Shown here: one piece after another, positions 10,612 to 21,411 of the stretch | Layout of the letters: the number at the start of each line of letters is the position of its first letter | Position numbering within the stretch: position 1 is the stretch's first letter | NCBI GenBank assembly: GCA_963665325.3 | Contig: OZ224045.1 | Span: forward strand, 416,001-480,000 | Length of the DNA stretch: 64,000 nucleotides | From: Alphaproteobacteria bacterium | GTDB lineage: Bacteria; Pseudomonadota; Alphaproteobacteria; Bin95 | Direction: 5' to 3' | Notes under the pieces: generated by a model | The model's database searches: none | What the model was told of the DNA's origin: nothing | Seen by the model: only the letters and a program-made list of their open reading frames with translations | Program-made: the position numbers and the translations under genes

Positions 10612-10836
10612 TCCCAACCTTCGCGAACCATCGAACGGTCCACCGCCCGCCAGATCAGCAGTCCGACAAGCCATACGACGACGGCGATAAGGAACCAGGT
10701 TTCCTTTTCGTCAAATTGCGGCGCGATATAGCCGGGCGTTTCGTCATTGCCCTTCGGCGTGGGTGTGAAGCCGAGCGAGTCACGGGGACTTTGCGCTTGC
10801 GCCCGGCCCGATTTTGCCTATGTTGCGCAGCCTGAT

Positions 10837-10911
10837 GCGGGAGTAGCTCAGAGGTAGAGCATCACGTTGCCAACGTGAGGGTCGCGAGTTCAAATCTCGT
10901 CTCCCGCTCCA
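10837..10911 (+). tRNA. tRNA-Gly(GCC)
   Basis: GCGGGAG acceptor pairing with CTCCCGC, TAGCTCAG D arm, anticodon loop TTGCCAA, GTTCAAATC T loop, CCA end. Confidence 0.97.
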
Positions 10912-10930
10912 GACCCTCCCCGAAATTGCC

Positions 10931-11845
10931 TCAATGCCGCTCGGGCAGGATCTCCCCGAGGGCCTGCTCGAAGGCCTCCGGCTGCTCGTACATGGCCCAA
11001 TGCCCGGCGCGCGGCACCATGGCGATGCGGGCCGTCGGTCGAATCGCTCGCACAGCGGCAACGCGCTCCCGGAAGAACGGCCATGCAGTCCAGTCCCATT
11101 CGCCCCAGATCGCGGCAAGCGGCGCCTCGATCAACGGCAGACGGTCACGCAAGGCCGGCGTGGCGCTCACCCAGCGGCTCTTGGTCACGGCACGCATCGT
11201 GTTGGTAACCTGCATGTGAATCGCGAAGTCATCGACGGCGCGCGGGTCGGCCAGCATCAGGATCTCAAGATTGCGCCGCGCGAGGCTCTTCAGCTGCGCC
11301 GGGGTCATGTCCCGCCTGAACCGCTCAAGCGCCGGCCCCCGCGCCCGGCGCAGCCCCATCGCGCCGACGCCGACCATGGTGAAGCTGTGCAGCAGGTCCG
11401 GCAGGTAGGGAGCCGCGTGGCCGCCAACGATCCCGCCGAACGAGAACCCGACCAGATCGACCCTTCGGTCCCGCTCCTCCAGAACGGAGCGCAGGCCTTC
11501 GGCGACGATCCGCCCTATCGAATCGATGTCGCGGCGGTCCGGCGGCGGCGCCGACTCGCCAAGGCCTGGCGTATCGCAGACATAGACACGGCGCTCGCGC
11601 GCGAGCGAACGGACATTGCGGAACCAGTGCCACCAGGAGCCGTAGCCACCATGCATCAGCATGAGCGGCGGCGCCCCCGGCTCACCGAAGACCCGCCAGA
11701 CCATCTTGCCATCTCCGCATGGCGAGGTCTTGATCGTCGCCCCGGCTTCGACCGCGCGAATGGCCGCCTCGACCGCAGGCGGGGGCAGGACCGGCGGCCG
11801 CGTACTTCTGCGGAGGCCTGCAGCCACCTTGCCGTCGCCCGTCAC
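10931..11845 (-). CDS. alpha/beta fold hydrolase
   Basis: HGGYGSW, DTPGLGES, GFSFGG nucleophile elbow, WGEWD, AGHW; GTG start overlapping upstream stop. Confidence 0.9.
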   Translation of the reverse strand: MTGDGKVAAGLRRSTRPPVLPPPAVEAAIRAVEAGATIKTSPCGDGKMVWRVFGEPGAPPLMLMHGGYGSWWHWFRNVRSLARERRVYVCDTPGLGESAPPPDRRDIDSIGRIVAEGLRSVLEERDRRVDLVGFSFGGIVGGHAAPYLPDLLHSFTMVGVGAMGLRRARGPALERFRRDMTPAQLKSLARRNLEILMLADPRAVDDFAIHMQVTNTMRAVTKSRWVSATPALRDRLPLIEAPLAAIWGEWDWTAWPFFRERVAAVRAIRPTARIAMVPRAGHWAMYEQPEAFEQALGEILPERH

Positions 11846-13335
11846 GCCCGCGCTCTGCGTCCCGTACGGTGAAGAAAGACGAGACAATCGCGCTTCTTGC
11901 GCCGCAGGTCGGCGCAGGCCCGTCTGGCGGCGCCTTCCTCAAACCCGGCCAAGCGCGCGCGGTACAGCTTCCGTCCGCTGGACGCCTTCATCGGCCAGGC
12001 GCCGGCATAAACCCCGCTGGGTAACGCCCGCAAAAGCTCCGCAGCAGTCTGTGCCTGTCTTCGCGCCGTTTTGCGGTTGGCATAGACCCCCACCTGCACG
12101 GCGTAGTCGCCAATGTCGGCCACCAGGACCGCCGGCGGCAATTTCGGCACGGCCGCCATCGCCGGCAGTTTCCCTGTTGCCGGCGCCGGCGGAGCCGCTG
12201 GCGCCGATGCAGCCGGAGGCGCCGCCGCAACCCGGGGCGCCGGTACCGGAGGTGGAGCCGTGGCCGGAACGGCGCCATGCCGAACGACAAAGCAATCCAT
12301 TCGCCGCTGCTTGAGCTTGTGGCAGGCCCGGGAGGCACCCGACTTGCTGTACCCCACCAGTCGGGCGCGGTGCAACTGACCGCCCTTGCGGCTCGCCTTG
12401 GACCATGCGCCCCAAGCGCCTCCGTTCGGAAGCCCCACCTTTTTCGCCGCCGCGCGGGCCAGACTCCGGGCAGCGGCCTTGTCGCGCACCGCACCCACCT
12501 GAACGGCCCAGACAAGCCCCGCGTCGTTGACGGCCGGGCGCGGCGTCAAGCGGGCGAAGATGCGGTCCGTCAATTTTGCGACATGGCGGTCGCGAGATCG
12601 GGCCGTGCGGCCTCCCATGACAATGGTAATCAGGCGGCGGCCCTTGCGGACTGCGGAGAAGGCCAGATTGAAACCGGATTTGGAAATGTAGCCGGTCTTC
12701 AACCCGTCGGCGCCCGAATAGCGCCGCAACAGGCGGTTGTGCGAACGATAGGTGCGTCCCCGGAACTTGAACCTCTTCAAGGAGAAATAGTCGTAATATT
12801 GCGGGAAGTTCCTGATGAGAGCGCGCGCCAGCCGGGCCATGTCGCGAGCTGTGGTCCACTGCTGCGAATGCCAGAGTCCCGAGGCATTGCGGAACGAAGT
12901 ATGACGCATGCCGAGCTGCTGTGCCTTGCGGTTCATCACTTTCGCGAACTTCCGCTCGCTGCCGGCGATGAAATAGGCAACCGTTGTCGCCACATCGTTG
13001 GCCGACTTGACCAACAGCGCCCTTATGGCTTCGCCGACGGTGATAGTGGAACCCCGTTTGAGGCCGAGCCTGGAAGGCGGCTGCAATGTCGCGCGGCGCG
13101 GCACCTTAATGCGCGTCGAAAGCTTGTACTTCCCGCTCCGCAGCCGCTCGAAGAGGAGATACACGGTCATCATCTTGGTGAGCGACGCCGGATAACGGCG
13201 CGCCGTCGACCGTTCCCCGTGCAACACGGCGCCGGTCTCGGCGTCGATAACGACCGCGGCGTAGCGTGCCGCCGGCGCGGGGCCGGCCGCCAGAACGGCT
13301 GCAGCCAGAAGCAAGACAGCAAGAATCGCCTTCAT
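11842..13335 (-). CDS. D-alanyl-D-alanine carboxypeptidase (peptidase S11) with two C-terminal SPOR-like domains
   Basis: PASLTK (SxxK), SAN (SxN), KTG; two 'AVQVG...YRARL.G...A.RAC..LK' repeats. Confidence 0.92.
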   Translation of the reverse strand: MKAILAVLLLAAAVLAAGPAPAARYAAVVIDAETGAVLHGERSTARRYPASLTKMMTVYLLFERLRSGKYKLSTRIKVPRRATLQPPSRLGLKRGSTITVGEAIRALLVKSANDVATTVAYFIAGSERKFAKVMNRKAQQLGMRHTSFRNASGLWHSQQWTTARDMARLARALIRNFPQYYDYFSLKRFKFRGRTYRSHNRLLRRYSGADGLKTGYISKSGFNLAFSAVRKGRRLITIVMGGRTARSRDRHVAKLTDRIFARLTPRPAVNDAGLVWAVQVGAVRDKAAARSLARAAAKKVGLPNGGAWGAWSKASRKGGQLHRARLVGYSKSGASRACHKLKQRRMDCFVVRHGAVPATAPPPVPAPRVAAAPPAASAPAAPPAPATGKLPAMAAVPKLPPAVLVADIGDYAVQVGVYANRKTARRQAQTAAELLRALPSGVYAGAWPMKASSGRKLYRARLAGFEEGAARRACADLRRKKRDCLVFLHRTGRRARA

Positions 13336-13503
13336 GGGCCCTCCTCGGCCGACATAGAGTCAATCCGGTCCCACCGCAATGCCGAACAGTGTTTTTCGCC
13401 TGCCTAATGGCTCGCAGCCGCCCTTGAACGGCTGCGGCTTACTCCTACTTCGGTACCGGTTATGCTAGGCTCGCAGATGCGGTCCCGGTACGGGAGAAGG
13501 TGG

Positions 13504-13830
13504 ATGAGCGACGAGCGGCGAGGAGGAGACGGCAACCCGGCGACGGGTCTGCTCGTCAAGACCAAGCCGGAGACCAAGAAGCCTTCGCTGTACAAAGTCA
13601 TCATGCTCAATGACGACTACACCCCGATGGAGTTCGTCGTCCACATCTTGCAGGCCTTCTTTCATAAAAGCAGTGAGGAAGCGACGAAGATCATGCTGTT
13701 GGTCCATCAACGGGGAATCGGGGTCTGCGGTGTCTATACCTATGAGGTCGCCGAGACCAAAGTGACGCAGGTGGTGGACTTCGCGCGGCGACACGAACAT
13801 CCGCTGCAACTGACGCTAGAGAAGGAGTAG
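13504..13830 (+). CDS. clpS: ATP-dependent Clp protease adaptor
   Basis: [30 protein letters not shown]. Confidence 0.97.
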   Translation: MSDERRGGDGNPATGLLVKTKPETKKPSLYKVIMLNDDYTPMEFVVHILQAFFHKSSEEATKIMLLVHQRGIGVCGVYTYEVAETKVTQVVDFARRHEHPLQLTLEKE

Positions 13831-13837
13831 CCGGTCG

Positions 13838-16144
13838 ATGCTGTCGCGCACACTCGAACAGACGCTGCACCGGGCGCTCTCCTATGCCAAGGAACGCAGG
13901 CACGAATATGCGACGCTGGAGCACCTGCTGCTGGCGCTTACCGAGGACCGGGACTGCGTTGCCGTCCTGCGCGCATGTTCGGTCCATGTCGACAATCTCA
14001 GGTCCGCGGTTTCCGGCTACCTGGACGAGGAACTCGACAACCTCGTGGTGGAGCGCGAGGACGACCCGAAGCCGACGGCCGGCTTCCAGCGCGTCCTGCA
14101 GCGCGCCGCGATCCATGTGCAGTCGTCGGGGCGCGAGGAAGTAACGGGGGCCAACGTGCTCGTGGCGATCTTTTCCGAGCGGGAAAGCCACGCCGTGTTC
14201 TTCCTGCAAGGCCAGGAAATGACGCGCCTCGATGCGGTCAACTATATCAGCCACGGCATCGCAAAGAGCGCCGGCCATTCGGAGCCCCGGCGGGTGCGGG
14301 GCGCGGACGAGCGCCAGGAGAACGACAACGGCGAGTCCGGCAAGGCCAAGCCTGCAGAAGCGCTGGAGGCCTATTGCGTCAACCTCAACGAAAAGGCGGA
14401 CGCCGGCAAGATCGACCCGCTGATCGGGCGCGAGCTGGAAGTCGAGCGGACGATCCAGATCCTGTGCCGGAGGACGAAGAACAACCCGCTCTATGTAGGG
14501 GAGCCCGGGGTCGGAAAGACGGCGATCGCCGAGGGCCTTGCCCGCAAGATCGTGGAGAGCGCGGTGCCCGAGGTGCTGGCCGCCGCAACGATCTATGCGC
14601 TCGACATGGGCTCCCTGCTTGCAGGCACACGCTACCGGGGCGACTTCGAGGAACGGCTGAAACAGGTGCTGACCGAACTCGATTCGCTCGAGGGCGCGAT
14701 CCTGTTCATCGACGAGATCCACACCGTCATCGGGGCCGGCGCCACCAGCGGCGGCTCGATGGACGCCTCCAACATCCTGAAGCCCGCGCTCGCGAGCGGC
14801 ACGCTGCGCTGCATCGGCTCGACCACATACAAGGAATACCGCAACTATTTCGAGAAGGACCGCGCCCTGGTGCGCCGCTTCCAGAAGATCGACGTGCACG
14901 AGCCCTCGGTGCCGGACGCCATCAAGATCATGATGGGGCTGAAACCCTATTACGAGGAGCATCACGGCGTCCGCTACACGACCGAGGCCATCCGCACGGC
15001 GGTCAGCCTGTCGGCGCGCTACATCAACGACCGCAAGCTGCCGGACAAGGCCATCGACGTCATCGACGAGGTCGGCGCCGCGCAGCTTCTTCTGCCACCG
15101 AGCCGGCGCAAGAAGACGGTCGGCGTCCGCGATGTCGAGGGCATCGTCGCCAAGATTGCGCGCATCCCGCCGAAGAGCGTGAGCCGGGACGACCGCGAAG
15201 CCCTGCAGACGCTGGAACGCGACCTGAAGACGGTGGTGTTCGGGCAGGACCCGGCCATCGAGGCGCTCGCAAGCGCGGTCAAGCTTGCGCGGGCCGGGCT
15301 CAGGGAGCCCGAGAAGCCTATCGGCAGCTATCTGTTCTCGGGCCCCACCGGCGTCGGCAAGACCGAGGCCGCCCGCCAGCTTGCGCGCTGCCTCGGCGTC
15401 GAGCTGGTGCGGTTCGACATGTCGGAATATATGGAGCGGCACAGCGTCTCGCGGCTGATCGGCGCTCCTCCCGGCTATGTCGGCTTCGACCAGGGCGGAC
15501 TGCTGACCGATGCGGTGGACAAGAACCCGCATGTGGTGCTGCTGCTCGACGAGATCGAGAAAGCGCACCCCGACGTCTTCAACGTGCTGCTCCAGATCAT
15601 GGACTACGGCAAGCTGACCGACCACAGCGGCAAGCAGATCGATTTCCGCAATGTCATCGTGATCATGACGACCAATGCCGGGGCGTCGGACCTCGCCAAA
15701 GCGGCGATCGGGTTCGGGCGCAATGTCCGCGAGGGCGACGACAAGGAGGCCATCGACCGGCTCTTCACGCCGGAGTTCCGCAACCGTCTGGATGCGATCA
15801 TTTCCTTCAGCAATCTGCCGATCGAGGTGGTGCATCGGGTGGTGGACAAATTCGTCGCCGAACTGGAAGGCCAGCTCGACGACCGCCAGGTGGAAATCCT
15901 CCTGACCGAGGCAGCCCGCGGGTGGCTCGTCGAAAAGGGCTACAGCACGGAATACGGCGCACGCCCGCTCGCGCGCGTGATTCAGGAGCACATCAAGAAG
16001 CCGCTTGCCGAGGAGTTGCTTTTCGGCCGCCTGGCCAAGGGCGGCTCGGTGGAGGTGGATGCCGGCGAAGAGGGGCTGACCTTCGCCTATCCCGAACCCG
16101 CCGCGCCGGCGAAACCGAAAAAGAAGGAGCCGGCGGCCCTGTAG
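13838..16144 (+). CDS. clpA: ATP-dependent Clp protease ATP-binding subunit
   Basis: Two AAA+ modules ([16 protein letters not shown]), [11 protein letters not shown] loop, follows clpS. Confidence 0.98.
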   Translation: MLSRTLEQTLHRALSYAKERRHEYATLEHLLLALTEDRDCVAVLRACSVHVDNLRSAVSGYLDEELDNLVVEREDDPKPTAGFQRVLQRAAIHVQSSGREEVTGANVLVAIFSERESHAVFFLQGQEMTRLDAVNYISHGIAKSAGHSEPRRVRGADERQENDNGESGKAKPAEALEAYCVNLNEKADAGKIDPLIGRELEVERTIQILCRRTKNNPLYVGEPGVGKTAIAEGLARKIVESAVPEVLAAATIYALDMGSLLAGTRYRGDFEERLKQVLTELDSLEGAILFIDEIHTVIGAGATSGGSMDASNILKPALASGTLRCIGSTTYKEYRNYFEKDRALVRRFQKIDVHEPSVPDAIKIMMGLKPYYEEHHGVRYTTEAIRTAVSLSARYINDRKLPDKAIDVIDEVGAAQLLLPPSRRKKTVGVRDVEGIVAKIARIPPKSVSRDDREALQTLERDLKTVVFGQDPAIEALASAVKLARAGLREPEKPIGSYLFSGPTGVGKTEAARQLARCLGVELVRFDMSEYMERHSVSRLIGAPPGYVGFDQGGLLTDAVDKNPHVVLLLDEIEKAHPDVFNVLLQIMDYGKLTDHSGKQIDFRNVIVIMTTNAGASDLAKAAIGFGRNVREGDDKEAIDRLFTPEFRNRLDAIISFSNLPIEVVHRVVDKFVAELEGQLDDRQVEILLTEAARGWLVEKGYSTEYGARPLARVIQEHIKKPLAEELLFGRLAKGGSVEVDAGEEGLTFAYPEPAAPAKPKKKEPAAL

Positions 16145-16265
16145 TGCCGTGCTTCCGAAGTTCGTATCGCTTTGTTCGGAGCGCCTGACCGCTCCCGCGT
16201 CATGCCCGGACATGGCGGAGAGGGGCGTTCATGCATGACGGACGACGCACCTTCGGGATTGCAGA

Positions 16266-17420
16266 ATGACTGACGAACGCCGCCCTCAGCGGCGGATATG
16301 GGTTGGCGCGATTGCTGTCCTGTTTTGCCTGGGCGCAAGTTCGGACGGTGTTGCGGACGCCCCCGGGCCGCGCGAATACCGCTCCGAGAAGCACGCCTTC
16401 CGCCTGGTTCCGGTCGGCGGTCCGTTCGACCAGGCGTGGGGCATGGCGTTCCTCCCCGACGGGCGCATGCTGGTGACGGAACTGGACGGCAATCTCCGCA
16501 TCCTGGAGGCCGGCGGGAAGCCGTCGGACCCGCTTCGGGGGCTGCCGCGCATCGAGGCATATGGCCAGGGCGGGCTGATGGATGTCGCTCTCGACCCGGA
16601 CTTTGCGACGAATGGGCGGATTTATCTGAGCCACATCCTGGACGGCGCGGGAGGCAGGACGACGGCGGTCAGCACGGCACGACTTAAAGGCGACCGGCTC
16701 CACGGGTTCGAGACCGTTTTTGTCGGGCGCGCGGCAAGCCGCACGGGCCGGCATTTCGGCTCGCGGCTGCGGTTCGCGCCGGACGGAACGTTGTTTGTCA
16801 CCATCGGAGACCGCGGCTACCGACCCAGCGCGCAGGACCTGGGCAACCACGCCGGCACGACCCTGAGACTGGGTCCCCACGGCGCGGCGCCGCCCGACAA
16901 TCCCTTTGTCGGACGAGCCAGGGCGCTGCCGGAAATATGGTCCTACGGGCACCGCAACCCGCAGGGCCTCGCTTTCGATCCCGCCACCGGCCGGCTATGG
17001 TCGCAGGAGCACGGGCCGCGCGGCGGCGACGAAGTCAACCTGATCGAACGCGGGCGGAACTACGGCTGGCCGGTCATCACCCACGGCCGCAACTACAGCG
17101 GCACGAAGATCACGGACGAGACGGCCCGCGCCGGCATGGAACAGCCTGCCGCTTACTGGACGCCCTCCATCGCGCCTTCGGGGCTGACCGTCTATCGCGG
17201 CCGCAGGTTTCCCCGCTGGGACGGCAACCTCTTCGTCGGCGCGCTGCGCGCCCAACTCCTCGTCAGGCTGGAACTCGACGGAGACAGGGTGGTCCACGAA
17301 GAGCGCCTGTTGGCCGATTTCGGCAACAGGATACGCGACGTGCGCACCGGCCCCGACGGCCTGATCTACCTGGCTCTGGACGAGAACGACGCCCATATAT
17401 GGCGCCTGGAGCCGCTTTAG
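16266..17420 (+). CDS. PQQ-dependent sugar dehydrogenase (YliI/GSDH family)
   Basis: GQGGLMDV, HFGSRL, YGHRNPQG, EHGPRGGDE, NYGWP, SIAPSG, RIRDV. Confidence 0.93.
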   Translation: MTDERRPQRRIWVGAIAVLFCLGASSDGVADAPGPREYRSEKHAFRLVPVGGPFDQAWGMAFLPDGRMLVTELDGNLRILEAGGKPSDPLRGLPRIEAYGQGGLMDVALDPDFATNGRIYLSHILDGAGGRTTAVSTARLKGDRLHGFETVFVGRAASRTGRHFGSRLRFAPDGTLFVTIGDRGYRPSAQDLGNHAGTTLRLGPHGAAPPDNPFVGRARALPEIWSYGHRNPQGLAFDPATGRLWSQEHGPRGGDEVNLIERGRNYGWPVITHGRNYSGTKITDETARAGMEQPAAYWTPSIAPSGLTVYRGRRFPRWDGNLFVGALRAQLLVRLELDGDRVVHEERLLADFGNRIRDVRTGPDGLIYLALDENDAHIWRLEPL

Positions 17421-17873
17421 CGCGGCGCTCCTTCGGCAGGCTCCTCCGTCATGCCCGGATTTGTTCCATTGCTTTCCGGTCTGGATTTGGCGGACAGAGC
17501 GCATGGCCCGGCTTCAATCGGATTTTGAGAGCTTCGGTGGAAACGGGACCCGGATCGACGCTCGGCGTCCCGACCCTCTATCCCCTTGTATCTCTCTGGA
17601 TAGCCATGGTTGCTATTGTTGCAGTGGCGGAAGCGGACGGGAGACAGGAAACCACTCAAATATCGGGCTGAACGGACTCTCCAGCGAAAATTTTCTGCAA
17701 CTGACGAGAAGATTCCACGTGAGCTCGGCTACAGTGACGACGAGCCTCGCTGTCTGCCCAAGTGCGGCGTTCCGGGTGGTGAACCCGACCGGGCCGGCGG
17801 TGTCGCCGCACGCCACCGAATCATCGCAGGGGTGTTGAAATCTGGAGCAGAACCCCAAAGGAGGAATATCCCA

Positions 17874-18368
17874 GTGACAACGACCAATCCGGCAGACGCT
17901 GCCCCCGAAAGCGCGGACAACGAATATCACGAAGGAGGCTGCGTTTGCGGCGCGATCCGCTACCGCACCACCGGGCAACCCGCCAACGTCATCGTGTGCC
18001 ACTGCTCCTGGTGCCAGCGTCGGACCGGCAGCGGCTTCGCGGTAATCCCGAAGTTCACCAAGGCACAGTTCGAGCTCCTCTCCGGCGACCTCAACCGTTA
18101 TCGGTCCATTTCCGACGAATCCGGCCGATGGCTCGATCTGGAGTTCTGCCCCAACTGCGGCACGAACATCGGCTTCCTCCAGGAGCTGCGCCCCGACGCC
18201 CATGCCATCGATGCCGGCACGTTCGACGACCCGAGCTGGCTGGCGCCCGACCGGCAGTGGTTCCGGTACATCTTCGTGCGCTCGTCCCAGGCGTGGTCGG
18301 CGTTGCCCGAGGGCGTCGAGCACCATCACGGGCACTTTCTGGAAAAGGAAGGCCCCGGCAAGCCTTGA
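17874..18368 (+). CDS. GFA family (CENP-V-like) protein
   Basis: GGCVCG, CHCSWCQR, FCPNCG zinc ligands; AAGGAGG RBS before GTG. Confidence 0.9.
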   Translation: MTTTNPADAAPESADNEYHEGGCVCGAIRYRTTGQPANVIVCHCSWCQRRTGSGFAVIPKFTKAQFELLSGDLNRYRSISDESGRWLDLEFCPNCGTNIGFLQELRPDAHAIDAGTFDDPSWLAPDRQWFRYIFVRSSQAWSALPEGVEHHHGHFLEKEGPGKP

Positions 18369-18511
18369 GGCCGGTCAGCCCTGAGGAATTCGCTGTCCGA
18401 ACCCCGGTCCCGCGCGATTCCCGTCGCGCGTTGGCGCCGCTGCCTGCAACGTCCCGGGTGTCAGGCGGCGACGGGAGCCGGTCTCGCCCCTGAACCCATC
18501 GACCGCCGGTA

Positions 18512-19843
18512 ATGCCAGTGACGACCAAACGACGAATGCATCTCGGCGCCTTCATGCGCCCGGTCAGCATCCACACCGCGTGGTGGCGCTACCCGGGGGG
18601 CTACCCGGATGCGAACTTCAGCCTCGAGCACCTCGCCTCGTTCGCGAAGACCTTGGAGCGCGGCTGCTTCGATGCCTTCTTCATGGCCGATCACCTCGCG
18701 GTGCTCAACATGCCGATGGACGCGCTGAAGCGTAGCGCCACCGTCACCTCGTTCGACCCGCTCACCCTGCTCCCGGCCCTGTCGATGGTCACGAAGCACC
18801 TCGGGCTGATCGCCACCGCCTCCACCACGTTCGAGCCGCCCTATCTCATCGCCCGCCGCTTCGCCTCTCTCGACCACATCAGCGCCGGCCGCGCCGGCTG
18901 GAACGTGGTCACCACCTCCAATCCGGAGGCCGCCCTCAACTTCGGGATGAGCGACGAGATGGAGCACGGGGAGCGTTATCGCCGGGCGCGCGAGTTCGTC
19001 GACGTGGTCACCGGGCTGTGGGACAGCTGGGCCGACGACGCCTTCATTCGCGACGTGGAGAGCGGCGACTTCTTCGATCCCGCGAAGATGCACGTCCTAG
19101 ATCACGAGGGCGAGTTCTTCTCGGTGCGCGGGCCGCTGAACATCGCCCGCCCCGTGCAGGGCTGGCCGGTCGTGGTCCAGACCGGCTCATCGGACGCTGG
19201 CCGGCAGCTCGCGGCGGAGACCGCGGAGTTGATCTTCACCGTCGCGGTGACGCGCGAGGCGGGCCAGGCGTTCCGTTCCGACATTCACGCTCGAATGGAG
19301 CGGTACGGCCGCAATCCGGCGCACATGAAGATCCTGCCGGCGGCTCTCGTGGTGGTCGCCGACAGCGTCGAGGAGGCGCGCGAGCGTCGCGCCCATCTCG
19401 ACAGCCTCGTCAATTCGGACAGTGCGATCGCGGCCCTGTCCATCGCGCTCGGCCACGACGCGTCGAAGTTGGACCCGGACGGACCCCTGCCCGAGGTGCC
19501 GGAGAGCAACCAGAGCCGAAGCGGCCGCGAGCGCGCCTACGCGCTTGCGCGGCGCGAGAACCTGACCGTGCGCCAGGTGGCGCAGCGTCTGGGCGGATTC
19601 GGCGGCCCTTCCATTCTCGGCACTCCGGAAACGATTGCGGACGAGATGGAGGACTGGCTGACCAGCGGAGCCTGCGACGGTTTCATCGTGATGTTCCCCT
19701 ACCTGCCGTCGGGTCTCGAAGACTTCGTCGACCGGGTCGTCCCGGAGCTGCAGCGCCGCGGCATCCTGCGTCGCGCGTACGAAGGGTGCACATTGCGGGA
19801 GAACCTGGGCCTTCCGCGGCCTGCGAACCGGTTCTTTTCCTAG
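18512..19843 (+). CDS. LLM-class flavin-dependent monooxygenase (NtaA/SnaA/DszA type)
   Basis: FDAFFMAD, ARRFASLDHIS.GRAGWNVVT, SVRGPLN, VPELQRRG, TLRENLGL. Confidence 0.92.
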   Translation: MPVTTKRRMHLGAFMRPVSIHTAWWRYPGGYPDANFSLEHLASFAKTLERGCFDAFFMADHLAVLNMPMDALKRSATVTSFDPLTLLPALSMVTKHLGLIATASTTFEPPYLIARRFASLDHISAGRAGWNVVTTSNPEAALNFGMSDEMEHGERYRRAREFVDVVTGLWDSWADDAFIRDVESGDFFDPAKMHVLDHEGEFFSVRGPLNIARPVQGWPVVVQTGSSDAGRQLAAETAELIFTVAVTREAGQAFRSDIHARMERYGRNPAHMKILPAALVVVADSVEEARERRAHLDSLVNSDSAIAALSIALGHDASKLDPDGPLPEVPESNQSRSGRERAYALARRENLTVRQVAQRLGGFGGPSILGTPETIADEMEDWLTSGACDGFIVMFPYLPSGLEDFVDRVVPELQRRGILRRAYEGCTLRENLGLPRPANRFFS

Positions 19844-20077
19844 TACCTCTGCATAGAGGTAATGATCGTTTGCAAATCAATCACATAGGCGTGTCAACGG
19901 CGGACCAACAATGTACCGGCGTTGGAGTGGGCCCTTGATCTCTGCCAGGCCGGCTTCGACCGCCCGCAGCCGCTCTTCCAGGCCGTCGATGCGCTTGTCC
20001 AGCTAGCAAAGGGGGCGGAAACTGTCTCCGGCGCCGGCGCGCGCGCCGAATCCTCCCGCCGCACGCCCGCCGCGCCC

Positions 20078-20920
20078 TCAAGGGAAGCTCGCCTGGAAGG
20101 CCGTTGGCATGAGGGAGACGTGCCGTTCGAGCGGCGGGGCGAGTTCGAACGCCTTGGGCTCGCGCGAGAAGTTCCAGAGGCGGAACAGGCGCCATTCATC
20201 GCCCCTTTCCCTGGATACGGCCAGTTCGTTCCGCGAGATATGGAAGGGCGTGCGCTCCCATCCGTTGGTGGTCTTCACCTCGATGAGCCGGGGGCGGCCG
20301 TCGGGCGCAAAGCTGGCGATGTCGTAGCCGGCGCCGTCGCCCTCCTCCTCGGACACCCAGCGCACTCTGCCGGCAAGGTCGCTGCGGCCCGCGCCCGCCA
20401 GCGCCATGCGTTCATGCGCCAGCGCGAGGGCCTCGCCGGCGCGGCCGAGCGCGCGGTTGCGCTCGTCCCGGCCCGCCGCGTCGAACCGGGCGGCGATGCC
20501 CGACATCTGCCCGAGCTCCTCCGGCGGCGGCCGGTTGGAGAGCGTCGGCGGCGGACCCACCCAGAGCTGCGCCGCCTCGGCCATGCCCGCCCCACCGACA
20601 TGGCGTTCGCCCGGCACGCGGTCCAGCCATGCCGGGTTGAGCGCCAGCCACCGGGCGACGGCGTCCACAAGCGCCGCCTGGAAATTGAAGGCGGGCCTGT
20701 AGCCCTCAATCCAGCCCTCGCCCAGGCCCTTGAGGACGGCGCTGACGTTCCGGCGTTTGAACTCGATCGCCCCTTCCGACCGGTCGCGGAGGCGGGGCAT
20801 CAGGGCGCGTCGGCGTTCCGTCTTGTTGTAGTCCCGTCCGGCGAGGTCGTCAGGCAGCATCGCGAAATAGTCCGCGACGAGCAGGTCGTTCTCCTCATCG
20901 GTCCAAGGCCCGTTCGCCAT
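20078..20920 (-). CDS. DUF3883 (NO VEIN C-terminal, PD-(D/E)XK-like) domain protein
   Basis: LGRAGE, GDGAGYDIASF, IEVKTT, FHISRNE; N-terminal W+DEE...YF.ML helix module. Confidence 0.85.
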   Translation of the reverse strand: MANGPWTDEENDLLVADYFAMLPDDLAGRDYNKTERRRALMPRLRDRSEGAIEFKRRNVSAVLKGLGEGWIEGYRPAFNFQAALVDAVARWLALNPAWLDRVPGERHVGGAGMAEAAQLWVGPPPTLSNRPPPEELGQMSGIAARFDAAGRDERNRALGRAGEALALAHERMALAGAGRSDLAGRVRWVSEEEGDGAGYDIASFAPDGRPRLIEVKTTNGWERTPFHISRNELAVSRERGDEWRLFRLWNFSREPKAFELAPPLERHVSLMPTAFQASFP

Positions 20921-21024
20921 GGCCCCAGGCTACGAGCGCGGGCCCCGCTTGTCACCGGAGGCTAGGTGACCCGGCCCTTTCTCCGCCGACTGCGGTCGAA
21001 ACCGGACGGGGACAGGCAAACACC

Positions 21025-21155
21025 GTCACCCCGGACTTGATCCGGGGTCCAGCGCGGATCGCCTGCGCTCACCGCAGCCGTTCGAAACAAGACTGGACTG
21101 CCTGCGCCCGCCGGGAAAGCCGGAGTTGGACCCCGGATCAAAGCCGGAGCATGTC
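21025..21155. repeat. REP/RPE-like palindromic element
   Basis: GTCACCCCGGACTTGATCCGGGGTCCA (21025-21051) with an inverted partner TGGACCCCGGATCAA (21127-21141). Confidence 0.65.
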
Positions 21156-21411
21156 GTGATCGAATCTCGTAACTGACTAGACTCATTGAAGAATTCACCC
21201 TTGAATTGATGGTGTGGAAGCCATAATCCTAAATCAGTCATCAAGTCGAAAGCAGAATTTTTCAATATCAGGTCGGCCGTCGGCAGCGTCTGGCAACGCA
21301 TTACCATTTTCGAGCGTCGAGGCCAGTAACCGTTCGGGTCCCGGGGGATGAGGAGGAGGTTATCCGCTTGTTGGCATGCTTACCCGCACCTGGTCGCGAC
21401 CGGGTGTGATT

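Noticed and set aside
13691-16213. 840-aa antisense ORF and other long shadow ORFs (e.g. 39489-41909, 55359-57803, 22608-24485)
   Set aside because: Antisense shadows of real genes caused by high GC3; no motifs
19925-20005. Coiled-coil peptide LDKRIDGLEERLRAVEAGLAEIKG on the minus strand
   Set aside because: Start-less fragment, probably a gene remnant with no assignable function
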